Assembly: GCA_050084985.1 (NCBI GenBank)
Contig: JBITNC010000001.1
Coordinates: forward strand, 75,764,001-75,828,000
Direction of reading: 5' to 3'
DNA length: 64,000 nucleotides
DNA from: Nageia nagi
Taxonomy: Eukaryota > Plantae > Pinophyta
In this document: piece by piece, positions 13,601 through 26,025 of the stretch
Numbering within the stretch: the stretch's first letter is position 1
How the letters are laid out: the number at the start of each line of letters is the position of its first letter
Notes under the pieces: generated by a model
Told to the model about the DNA's origin: nothing
Databases searched by the model: none
The model's input: the letters and a program-made list of their open reading frames with translations, nothing else
Program-made: the position numbers and the translations under genes

Positions 13601-14162
13601 TACAAATTTAGCCATTTCCTAATTATTGTAGGATTTTCAAAACCATGAGAATACCAACCCAAAATCTAAAAATAATTTTTGTAGGATAAGCAGGAAGGAT
13701 ACAATTCTACCAAGAGTTTGCCTATCACCTACACTGGAGGTAGAATGTGACAATTTAGCTTAGGATAGGATGAATTTATTTTATACCCTAACCATATAGG
13801 TGAGCTAGTTTATGTAATAGATCATGTTTATGAATGAATATGGTAGTGTAAGGAGGGTAAAACACATGATTTAGGAAGTCTAGAATGACATTTAAAAGCT
13901 TATCTTCACCAAGGATGTGAACTTATGGAGAGCATGGACACATATCGAGAACCAATAGTTTTTGATGGTCTTGAAATTCTAGATGTAATGCACTTATTAG
14001 TACATATTGGATTTTCATAATAAGAAAGATAACAACTTTTCAGGAGTACTTGTTGTAGGGTTCACCAAATAGATAGCCTTCTTTAATGATAGGTCCCATA
14101 AGATTCCTACGGATATCTTTGATGCTGCTCATAGTTTAGCTATCAATCCCATGAAGGGTTGA
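10690..14162 (+). pseudogene. Degenerate extra ORF (~1150 codons) inside the 5' LTR; unknown retrotransposon accessory protein
   Basis: Protein-like blocks shared with the 3' copy: PKDPLKEAKFKN.LSNI, IIDLSKEGI, FHMNSYLVYLLLHGKNI, PKWWLESKW, HTYIWVY..LPYYA. An acidic/basic low-complexity linker and a coiled-coil-like C-terminus follow. Both copies end at the same TGA. Confidence 0.75.
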
Positions 14163-14445
14163 TTATTAAATGCATATTTTTATTTTATAGTTCAAACATA
14201 ATTATTATTTTAATTTACATTATGATGGATGAGGTTTTGCTCCAATAGCTGCAAGAAGTCTTGGTGTTATTTGATGTGATGTGACACTGATGTGACATTT
14301 GAGCGATATTGTATAGACATAATTTTTTATTTTGTTTATGGTTTACATTCCTCAAAGTAGTGTTAGGGTTATTTTATTATTTAGAGCAACACTACAATGA
14401 ATATTAGGGTGAGACTTCATTTAATGAAGTTGTTTAGACATATGC

Positions 14446-14453
14446 TATAAGTA
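14446..14453 (+). promoter_or_regulatory. Candidate LTR TATA box (TATAAGTA)
   Basis: Conserved in both repeats (also 29741-29748). Followed by a purine-rich leader and lies ~0.9 kb from the LTR end. Confidence 0.5.
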
Positions 14454-15374
14454 CCCTAGCTGGGTTATTTTTGAAAGAGGGAGAGAATAGAAAGAAAGAA
14501 ATATAAATAGATAGATCAAGAGTCCTCAAATGTATGAAATTTGCATGATCTTTTGGAAGGAATATTTCTTTATAGTTGACATTTCTACATGTATGTATGA
14601 TTTATCATTTTGGGAAACACTATTTTGAATGCAAGTGTAGTTCCTTATTTCCTAGAGTCATACAAATGTGAATGATATGATGATGTTGTTTGGTTGTTTA
14701 TGCACTTATAAGCATTTCTTTGAAATTATTTCACTTTAGGAAAAGATAGTTGAATATCTCTCTTAAATGTATGAATGACCATTTCTATGGTTTGCATAAA
14801 GTTGTGGTATTTTGAATCACTTTACTCTTATGATATTTGGTTGGAATTTTCTATTTGGATATAAAGAATTGAATATTTTACTTCACCCCTTTGTCCACCC
14901 TAACTACTACCCCATGCTCTCACTTGGGAGTGATCTGAACCCAATTTCTTCCTCCCATACTTTATAACCTAAGTAGAAGTCCCTAATAAATTTGAGAGAT
15001 GAAATCATTGAACCCTACACAATGGTGAGATATTATCACTTATCCTTCTTTCAATTGCTAAATATTTCATATTCAATTTTATACTACCTCTTATTTGTAT
15101 GTTTTCATGTGAATAATGATAGAGATAATTCCCAATAGGTATACATAATTAGGAGCAACCATCTCCAAGAACATACCTCCCCATGAGGCTATCCTATTGA
15201 CTATCAACCATCATTTCTTAAAGTGTGCTACACTAAAAACCTAAAACCTATAATAATTTGAAGAAATATTGAGGATAAATTCTTTTCAAGTGGGGGTAAG
15301 TAATGCTACTCCACTCATAAATGGTATCCTTTCCTATAGGTGGGAAAGAAACCCATGTCAATACCATCCAAAGC

Positions 15375-15391
15375 TAGTGCTAAAAAGAGGG
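15375..15391 (+). promoter_or_regulatory. Degenerate tRNA-Asn primer-binding site
   Basis: TAGTGCTAAAAAGAGGG versus TGGCGCTAGAAGGAGGG: 13/17 match, all mismatches transitions. Starts 11 nt after the repeat end. Confidence 0.6.
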
Positions 15392-15699
15392 CCTACTCCA
15401 CTTTGATCTCTAATTTCCTTTGTTCCCTACTAAGAACCATTCCCATCTAGTTTGAAATCACTTGATTTGAACCTATTTAACCTAACTTAAGTGTAAAAAA
15501 CTAGAAGAGCTACCATGTTAGCTACTTTGGCATCCCATACCTCTCAACAAATAAAAGATATAGGTCTTGTAGGAATAACATTTGGTAGTACTATTCTTTT
15601 GCAAATAGAGGATTTGGATTCTAGTAATATGGGACTCTTACCTTTCACTCATATTCCTTTCTAAATGGTCCCAATCCTCCTTGGTATACTCAATTCTCC

Positions 15700-18600
15700 A
15701 TCTACAATTCAAATCCCTATTCAACATGGACCCATACAATAACCTTCCATGGCCTAGCAATAATGGATACCTATCAATATACTAGGTCAACAACACCTTA
15801 TGTTCAAGAATGCAAGCCAAAATATTTTTTAGAATTTATAGAGGTAGAATGATAATTACCAAAGAGCACATCAATTTGTATAAAGAAGCTATGGCTAGAT
15901 TGAATGTTAATCATGAAGATGTGGCATGCATAATCTTCTCGATGTTGCTTGAAGGTCAACCTTTTGATTAGTATGTCAACTTGGGACATGGATATATCAC
16001 TTCTTGTGATCAATTGTATATAGTGTTTATTAGCCAATTTAGGATACTAGTTGATCCATCTCTACTCTACCATCAATTTGCCACCATCAGAAAACACTTG
16101 GGAGAATCAATCAAAATGTTTAATATCAGATTTCAAAAGTCTTACTCTAGATTTCTCCCTTCTAGCAATATTGATCATGCCATAGCACTCCAAGTTTACT
16201 TTGGACCATTAGATCCACTAATATATATGTTTGTACATAAAGAAGGTATAATCATGATCTTGAACCAATATTACAAAGAAGCAATTAAAGTTAAGAATCA
16301 ATTTTCATCATAACTTCTCATTCTTGGTCCATACAAAAGTGTGATCTCTGCATCTCAATATCTAAATGGTCAATCTACTAATGTTTCCAATACACTAACC
16401 AGTCTCCTAATGTCTTATTATTATCGATAATAACAAATTAACATCTTTAATCCCATAAATATGTTAATTACCTCCACCAAATGTTCCTAAATCTAACTTA
16501 GCCCCTAAACCCTCCTTTCTACCTAGTGTTTCTTTGAAGCCTTCTCCCAATATACCTCTTACAAAAAAGGATCCTCCACTTGTGAATCTAGAAAGAATTA
16601 TGTAGCATCTTTGTAATGATATGATGCAAATGAAGCAAGATAAGGGAAACCAAGGTCTAAATTATCAAAATGAAATATCTAAAACCTTCAATCTTTAAAT
16701 GCCTAATATGAGTTGGAACTTAGGTGCAAATAATAGTGGAGTTTATAATTCCCTAATAGGGAATATCAATGCTAAAAATAATGCCAATGAAGTCAACTTA
16801 GTTAATATTCATATAATTCCCTTGAATAACTGGTGTAGAATCCATTTTATGATAGTCCATGATGAGACTAACTACCTAGAATTCAAGATCACTTTAAACA
16901 TCTTCACTCAAGAGATTTAGACCATGGAATTGATTCCAAAATATGAGCTTAGTTTGTTCTAGGACAATTACCATTTAGTTATGTTAATAGATATCATTGA
17001 TATGAACAACTCTAAGGATGATAATCATGAGGTTTATATTGCTCAAAAGCTTTTCCCTAAACAAGGATCATCTTTAGATGAAGAAATTTATGCAACCCAG
17101 CTAACCCTCCTAAGATTGCTTACAAATTATGAAGGTAAGACAAATCTCTAATGACTACATCCACACCTCTAAACAATTTATCCATCCCATCATACTGGAC
17201 TTCTCAAGTCAATCCTCCTCCTTATCTTGAACTAGCTCCTTAAGTTAAATACATATACACCTTTTGAGAAAATGCACCTTCTTCATCCTCCCAACTAATT
17301 ATTGTACCTCATGATTAAGAAATTACTCAAACACAATATCAACATAAAAGGTTGAATGAAGAGGAGAATGAGTCTCATGCTTCATCTTATGATCTTGTTG
17401 ACAACCTCAAGAAAACTAGATTGAGTGCCTCTATGTATGAAGTGATTCAGATGGATAAATATTACAAGCCCATTAGGAGGGAATTGAATAAAATTACTTT
17501 AAAGATAAGACAAAAATGGGTAGCCAAAAGAATGTAACCTTCCCAAATCCATTAAGATTCCCAAAATAGTTGAGGTAATGGCCCTTCCCATCCATAAAGA
17601 TAAAGATAAAGGGGATTCCCTACCATTCTTTCCTACACTAAGCATTGCTAGAAAAAACTTACATAATTACATGGTAGATATTGGAGCTACTGAGAACATC
17701 ATGCCATATGAATTTTGCAAAATATTAAACCTACCAACTATAGAAAGTCCTAATAAGATCACACAACTAGATAAAATTGAGGTCGAAGTAGTTGGAATGT
17801 TGTCATAAGTGCATATCTAGATATCTTGTCAACCTCAAATCCAACAACATATCAATGTTTAGGTTATTGATATTCTTGACACTTATGATATTCTTCTAAT
17901 CCAAGATTTGTATTACAATCTTAATGGTTACATACCTATTAATTATTCTCATATATGGCTACCACGAAATGGACAACCTAACCAAATTTGAGTAAGTAGT
18001 GAGCTAAAGCTTAAGGAGCTTATTACAAAATACAACAATGTCAATAAGGTCCAATTTGTACAAGAATAATTGGGTGTATATTCTTTGGACCTCCTAAAGG
18101 ATATCCAAGATACCCCTAAGATGCAATTGGACATGCAAGCTAAGCTACCCTTGTATATCAAGAAAGGCTCAGATTCAAGCTATGTATAAAAAATTAGCTA
18201 TCATGATCTAGATCCTGAAGAAGAAATTTTGGACCTAATGAAAAAAGATAGAGAATAATAGCTTTAGAAACTCAAAGAAGCTAGATACCTTATATCCAAT
18301 GATCAAGACAATCTAACTAATGAAATTGAAATTCCTAGTAGAGGAAATTTTTAAAGCCCTAAGTAAAATGCAAAGATATCACTCAATCTTAAGGGGAAAA
18401 CCCTTGGAACACTCCAAAGATCATATTGTACCTTACAATAACCTAGAATATTGCATTGAAAGGAAAAATAAGAACCATAAGGAATAATGTTAGATTCTTA
18501 GGTTTGATGGTTTCAAATCCAAGCTCAGGAATGGAGCAAGGGTAGAACTTCAAAGTCCTAAAGGAAAATGCTATCATGCACCATAACATTTGTAGTTCTA

Positions 18601-21600
18601 CTGCACCTGTAATGCTATAGAATATGAATCTCTCATTTAGAGATTGAATATGGCTTTTAAGAAAGGATTCAAACATCCTTTAGGTTGTTGGTGATTCCAA
18701 ATTGATAATAAAGTAGATTCTCAACATATACATTTGTATGGATCCTAGATTGGGTTTGTATAGAACTCGATTTTGGGACCTTGCTAGAAATTTTGAATAC
18801 TCCAAAATTAGAGTAGTGCCCAACAGTCAAAACTCAGTAGTTGATTCTCTATATATGGCTATTGGTACCTTTCATCAAATGGAAAATATCAACCTATATA
18901 TGTTTATAGTGTAGGTGATTTCTACCCCTTCCATTCCAAAAAATGTTTACAATTTTTAAATCTTTCAAGATAAATAACAAATGAAAGATTTCATGTCTAA
19001 CTTAGGTGTATTGGCCTCTTAGATTATGAAAGAGGATTCTATTGATTTCAATGAGAATCTTTCCAAGAATCCTAAGAATGGGATCATTCAACTCAAGATA
19101 AATAAAATTCCTAGGAATCATCTCTTTGGAATAGTTGTTCAATGAAGATATGATCCAGTCTCACATAGGAAACCAAATCTAGGTTGAAGATGCATAAGTA
19201 GTCAATCTAGGTATAAAAGCTAATCCTCAAACTATTTTTATTGGCAAGTCATGCATTAGAGTAAAAAGAGAAAGAATCATCAACATTATCAAAGAGTACA
19301 TCAACACCATTGCTTGGGAATATAAACAACTAAAGACTTATAACCTATTCATCATCACTCACACTATCCCATTGAAACCTAAATTCAAATCTTTTAGACA
19401 TTGACTGAGGGTTGTCAACCCCATTGTAGAACCAATTATTCTTCAATAAGTCTAGAAGTTAGCATAAGCAAGTATCGTCTTCCTAGTTTGGCATCAATTT
19501 TGGGTGGAAAACATAGAACTTGTAAGGAAGAAAAGCAGAGATATAAGGGCATGCATAGATTTTTAACATCTTAATTGGGTCTCCAAGAAAGATAATTATC
19601 CTTTACCTTCCCTAGAAGAAATATTGCAAATAGTTAATGGAATTCAAATGATGACATTCCTAGATGGGTATTCGAGATATAACCAAATCATGGTTAATGA
19701 AAAAGATAGGTTGGATATGACTTTCGCCACAAAATGGAGAATGTTTACCTAAAGTCATATGCATTTTGATCTAATTAATGCAGGTGCTACCATACAATGA
19801 GCTATGGATTTTACTTTTAAAGGACTGGTTGGGAAATCTATTATCATATACATGGATGATCTTACAATATTTTTAAAGGATAGATCCCAACATCCACAAG
19901 ATTTAAGTAAGGTCTTCCAAAGATGCCATAACTTCAGGATATCCCTTAACTCAAAGAAAAGCATATTTGGCTCTTAAAAAGGAAAGCTATTAGGGAATAT
20001 TATTTCAAAGCATGGAATTTCAATCAATCCTAAGAGAGACATTGCTATTCAAAAAATTCCCTATCCTTTTAGCTCGATGGAAATAAGGTCATTTTTGGGG
20101 AATGTTAATTTTGTTCATAAATTTATTTTTGGATTTATTAAGATTGCAAAACCCATTAATGAATGTTGAAAAATGATTCAAGCATAATTTGGAATGTAGA
20201 AACCAAGAAAGCATTTTAGGAAATCAAATATGCCATATTAGATGCTCTGGTATTGACCAGTATAGAGTATAAGGAACTCTTTCTTCTTTACTCTTTTATG
20301 TCAAATCATTCCATTGCCAATTTCCTCATGTAAAATACTAAATATGGTAGGAAAAACCCATTGCATTTATGAGTGCATCCTTAAGAGATTCTACATTACA
20401 TTATTTTGCTCTAGAAAAGCAAGCTTATGCCCTAGTATAAGCAGTAAAAAAATTTAGACATTACATTATGCAAAGTCAAGTTTTGGCCATCATCATAGAT
20501 CCTACTATGAAATCTCTATTGACCTAGCATGAGCTAGGAGAAAAATGAGGAAATTGGATCATGACCTTGCAAGGGTATGACATTACCATTCAACCAATGA
20601 AGATAGTTAGAGGATAAGGACTCACTAGATTATTGATAGATTATGAAGATGATGATCAAATAGATGAAGTGATGGAAACCCAATATACCCTTCATATAGA
20701 TTCCTTATATAAAGATATAATGAGATACCTAAAATTTGTTACCTACCCACCTTGCTTCAACGTGTCACAAAGGAGAGCATTAAGATATAAAGTTTTCAAG
20801 TTCCTAATATGAGTAGGCAAATTGTATAAAAGAAATTTTGATGGATTATATCTAAGATTCCTGGAAGAGTCCCAAATCAAGGAGGTCTTGCAGTAGTTCC
20901 ATGACCAAGAAAATGGCATAGGATATGCTTCAAGTGGAACATTAGCTCATTAGTTTCTAAGGGATGGATACTATTGGCACTACATCTTTAAGGATGCCCA
21001 TGACTATGCAAAGAAATTTCATGTATGCTAGATAGCAAGTGGAAGACATAAGATTTCAAATATACCATTACAGCCCATTATCAAGTCCAAACCATTTGCC
21101 CAGTTGGGAGTTGAATTTATTGGGGTTATTAATCCCAAATTTTCTTGATGATAAAAATATATATTGACATCAATAAAGTACTACACCCACTATATTAAAT
21201 TCAAAACTTGCAAGAATGCTACTTCTGAAGTGGTGATAAAATTTATTGAAGAACTCATCATACCCGCATCGATATACCATACTTGTTGGTATGTGATAAT
21301 GGTCCTGCATTTATATCAACTCCTCTCACAAAGTGGGCCATGACCATGGCATTATTTTGAAATTCATATCCAACTACTATCCCTAGGGAAATGGAGTGGT
21401 GAAGTATACCAAAAATAATCTTATAGGATTCATAAAGAAGTTGCTTGAAGGGAATATTTGAGAATGGTACAGTAAACTCAAGTATGCATTATGTGTTGAT
21501 TGGATCAAAATTAAGCAATCTCTTAGGACAAGTCCTTTCAAATTGGTGTTTGGCATAGAACTTGTTTTCCTAACCCATATAAATATAGCCTTTCTAATTA

Positions 21601-21952
21601 ATTAGAGATTATGTTGATGTTGAAGATTTGATTGAAGCAAGAATGTTGTAGTTGCTCCAGTTGGAAGAGAAATGAGAACATTGTTTCAAGGGTATGGCTA
21701 TGCGGCATTCAAGGATTAAAATATGGTTCAACAAATCCACTCAACACAGAGTTCAGGTTGGTAGGTATGGTGTTATTGTAGGATAAAGCTCATGAGGAAA
21801 AAGGCAAGCATTCCAAGTTTGAAAAATTATAGCTTGGGCCCTTCCAAATTTTGACCTTTATTAGGAAAAATACTTTCAATTTTAAGAGGATTATTGGATA
21901 AGAATTACTGTTTCTAGTCAATGGAAAACACCTAAAATATTACTTCCAATAA
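15700..21952 (+). pseudogene. Degenerate gag-pol, order GAG-PROT-aRH-RT-RH-INT
   Basis: Gag HEDVACIIF; knuckle WCRIH..H; protease MVDIGATENIMP; aRH (W)ILRFDG..CTCNAIEYESL..GDSKL at ~18490-18860; RT KDNYPLP/FLDGYSRYNQI/IYMDD at ~19500-19870; RH ~20250-20600; integrase to LKYYFQ* at 21952. Confidence 0.9.
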
Positions 21953-22990
21953 CTAATTTTAGCACCTTTGTATGAAGTATTTTCAAAAATAAAAATTGGA
22001 TAGTTAGTGAGAGTTCACTCACTTTAAAGAAAATTGGTGATGCAACCATGAGCAATAATGCTAACACCAAAACATACCTAGTGGATGATGCATATCATTA
22101 TGTATCCAAGATCCTTGTTAAGTGTTGATTTGTTATTTTTCTTTAACCAATATTGAAGAAGCAATACCCCCTATTTTTTTTGAAATTTGGACACCCTCAA
22201 TCAAAGGATGATAATGGAACTTAGCAAGAGTGAAGTTGCTTTTCAAAAGCAGAACAAAGATAAGCTAGCCAAATGAGCCTAAAGTGCAACTTTAAAACTC
22301 ATTTGAAATACTTGCTTATAATAGATGAAGAAATACCTTCTAAGTATCCATGTAAGAAAAAATGTTGGAAAATAAAGTATCAAATGAAGATCCAATCATC
22401 TCTCAAAGAACATGCAAAGTTGCCCAAATTTCACATCAAAGGTGGTAGTTTTGTGGCTAAGGAAGACACATGTTTTTCCATTTCTAAGGTTGCCAGCATG
22501 ATTCATGCTTTTCTTCTAAAATTGACACCCCTTTAATGATCCTTAGCACTTGAGAAGGTCTATAAAAGGTATGAGTATATGGTAGGAGCATTTGAAAATT
22601 TCCAAGGCCAAGGTGGTCACACAGTTTTAAAAAGTCACCTTTCCATATTCTAGAAATGGTGTGACCAACCCCTCTAAAATGATTTGAGATTATAAATTAG
22701 AAAAATGAACCCAAATTCAACCTCCAGATTGGTCACAATATTTGGAAATGATACATTTACATCTTTCTAGAAGGATGTAATCACCTCATTTTGGCATTTA
22801 AGGTGTTTTTAGGTTCCATTTGACATCCATTCTAGCCATTTGGCAATGGACATATGGCATGATGAACTAGTATAGAAGGAGAATAAGGTTATTTTATTTT
22901 ATTTTAGCTATCTCAATGTGTTTCTCCAAGGTGGTTGCATGGTTGGAAAACATTAGATTTTCATCTTTTATTTTAAAGGTGCAACCACCT

Positions 22991-24815
22991 TGTTGAACTC
23001 TAAGTGACACTAAGAGGGGGGTGAATCAGTGTGCTCTATTTAAACTTAAATATGAAACATTATCACTGAAAACAAATAGTGCAAACATAAATTAGGCAAA
23101 AAATTCAACATAAAGCATCATATAACACAAGATGTAACAAGGTTCACCAATGTGGTTACATCCCTAGATAAGACTGCTTGGATCATGGTCCAAATCCAAC
23201 CATTGTAAAACACCAACTTTATACATAGTTTACTAGCACGAACTGGAAGGAGCACCAGTCCATACTCTTTATTAGCTACAACTAAAAGGAGCACCAACCC
23301 CTAAATTCTGTAGCAACAACACCTCTTTCCAAGTACCAACTTGGAATTCATATCTTGATTAAAGGTTTGACAAAAAAATACCTTCTTTATTCACAAACCT
23401 TTCTTTGATATTTAGCTCATCAAAATACATCACCCAAATATTTTTGCAATAAGTACACAATTAGTCTTCATAGTCATTGTTATTCCCTCATTAGTAATCT
23501 ACTATAGTTTATTTACTAATGATAGTTTGGTCATTCACTCTCACCTCAATAGCATGCAACTCATATGTTTGTCAATATTATAGCTACATGATACATAAAT
23601 ATCCCCCCATTGTCTCTCTTGTTCTTCAAGATAACATAGAAATTCTATTCATCACTCATGTATAGCTCTCTACACCATTTCATTCTATCTTAGTACATTC
23701 AACATTTTACTGCTTCCAATCTGCATAAATTTTTTGATCATATCATTATGTGACCTCTTATACTATCCTTTCTTGGTTGATGATATGAGTGTCTCTTTTT
23801 ATTAAATATTTCATGTAGCTTCATATATTGGAAAGTTTTTATATACAAAACTTGAAACTACAAATAGTCTACTACATTCATTTGGCTATAGAAAATATTC
23901 AAAATTTTCTATCTTCCAATGTATTATATATCCCCAATCTTCTCTCTATTCAACTCATTTTCATTCAGGTACCATGCTAAAACACACTAGGAGGAGTTAC
24001 AGATAGTAAAAACACAATTTTCCATCAAGAATAATCCATTACAACAACCTTTGCACATTCAATTAAAAATATAGGGAATAAAATAGGAATCCCATTCATA
24101 AAAATGTCCATAACTATTTATACACATCCTCTACACATTCAGTTACAAAAATGGGTGGTCATACAATTACTTTGGCTCAAGAAATTAGTATTTTACAATC
24201 ATTTACATAACTACAAGTTCGGTTATATGCCTAGACTATATTGATATACACCCATGACTTACCTAGTTACATGATATATGCCCAAAATGTATCTAAGTGC
24301 ATGATATATGTCTAGAATACACCTAGTAATGTTTTTCATCATTAGATAAACTTTATATACACCCAACATTAATCTAGACACATGATATATACCTAGAATA
24401 TATCTGAGTGCACGATATATGTTAAGAATATACCTAGTAATATTTTTAATCATCAGATAAGCTTTATATAACCCAAAATTAATATAGCTAAATGATATAC
24501 ACCTAGAATATATATAAGTGCATGATATAATATCTAACATCATTTTTTCTAATCAATAAACAAGATATATGTCCATTATGTAATATTTAAGATATATGCC
24601 TATGACATATAAATTGACTATCTAAACTATAGAATGCAGTAACTATTCACATTTTCTTGACTGTAATAATTCCATATCATAACAATTCCTATGTTGACAC
24701 CAATGATTCATTCATGTGATCAAACTTGATATTCTTGTATTGACTCTAATGATTCATTCATGCCTTTACTCTTACATTTCTTGTGTTGAAAATAATGACA
24801 ATCTATACTACAACA
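22991..24815 (-). mobile_element. Ty1/Copia (SIRE-like) solo LTR nested in the 3' repeat
   Basis: Termini TGTTG...CAACA. TSD CACCT/CAACT. Absent from the 5' repeat (empty site ~9500). GAGGGGGGGTGAAT end motif. Internal tandem repeats of ~111-bp period at ~24230-24600. Confidence 0.8.
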
Positions 24816-26025
24816 CAACTCCCATTCCTACATTTTGGTCTCCAAATTTGGCTAAGTGTTAGCCTAACACTCATAAAAGTTGGTTGCATGATTGGAAAAA
24901 GTTAGATTTCCATATTGTTTTCAAGGTTTGACCACCCCTTTTGAGCACTTTTGAGTTGAGTGGTTGGAAGTGGTTCATTTTCAGGCATCATCTAGCTAGT
25001 TGCATGGTTTGAAAGTGTTACATTGCATCCCTTGAAAGGCAAGAAACCATTACCTTTTGTTTAATTTTAAATAAGTACTAAATTTATTCACCCCTATCCT
25101 TGGTCGCATGGTTTGAAGGAGATACATTTGCATCTTTATGGAGATATGCAACCATAATATGTTGCATAGAGTAGGACATTTATTGAATACCTTGCCTTTT
25201 ACCACTAAGCTATTGCCCCTTAGTAGTTAAGAAGGCTAAAAGAGTGGGATACTTGGTCAATTTTGGATATCATATATGTTCCCAAGGCTGGTCACATGTT
25301 TTTGTTTAAATACATTCCCATCCTTTTAGAAACATGCGACCACCTATTTTTTGTTTTTGAATTAAAGTCAAATAGCCCCTATCCATTGGCAACCTTTTGA
25401 GTCATTGAAATTTGCACTTCATTTTGCAATAACTACCTTAATTTTGCATGGTCATGAGGGCCCAAGAAGATAATGGTCCATCTTTTCAAAACCATGCGCC
25501 CATTGGAATTCAAAGTGTAATTAAAGTATCATGGTTGCATGATCCATATGAGTCACATTTCCATCTTTGTTTTCCTATTCATTTACATCTTTGAAGTCTC
25601 ATTTTTAGGAAAGGGTCCCACAATTAGATGCTCATCTAAATTTGGTTTCATTTAGTTTAGTTATTTATATTTTTACATCATCCTTACATTTTTGTTCACG
25701 TACCACAAAGTCAATCTCCATGTATGGTCACATCATCCATCCAAGTTGGAAAGCTAACATCCATAAAGGGTGTGACCAAGCCATTTTGTGCATTTATATG
25801 TGTCCCATAAGTTAAAATGTGCATATGCATTAACTATTTGAGGCTAATATTGAGGAATTTGCATGCAAATCAGTCAACCACCTTTTATCATGTGCATTAA
25901 GTCTTAAGTCTCATTGGCATAGTGCATAGAGGAGTGGCACACATTGTACATCTTATCCATGTTATCCTACTACATCCATTGGTCATTCCAATCCATACTA
26001 ACTCAATTTGTTTTGCAAAATCAAA

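Larger units (their letters stand above)
8723..15363 (+). repeat. 5' long terminal repeat (~6.64 kb)
   Basis: Collinear with 22151-30659 along its whole length. One 140-bp spot check gave ~87% identity; other stretches look lower. Confidence 0.88.

Noticed and set aside
22130-22150. Minus-strand PBS (TGGTTAAAG) implying LTRs inverted relative to gag-pol
   Set aside because: I recognise no tRNA match beyond TGG, whereas a better tRNA-Asn PBS lies on the plus strand at 15375.
24259-24543. 94-aa repetitive ORF in the solo LTR
   Set aside because: It is a by-product of the LTR's internal tandem repeats.
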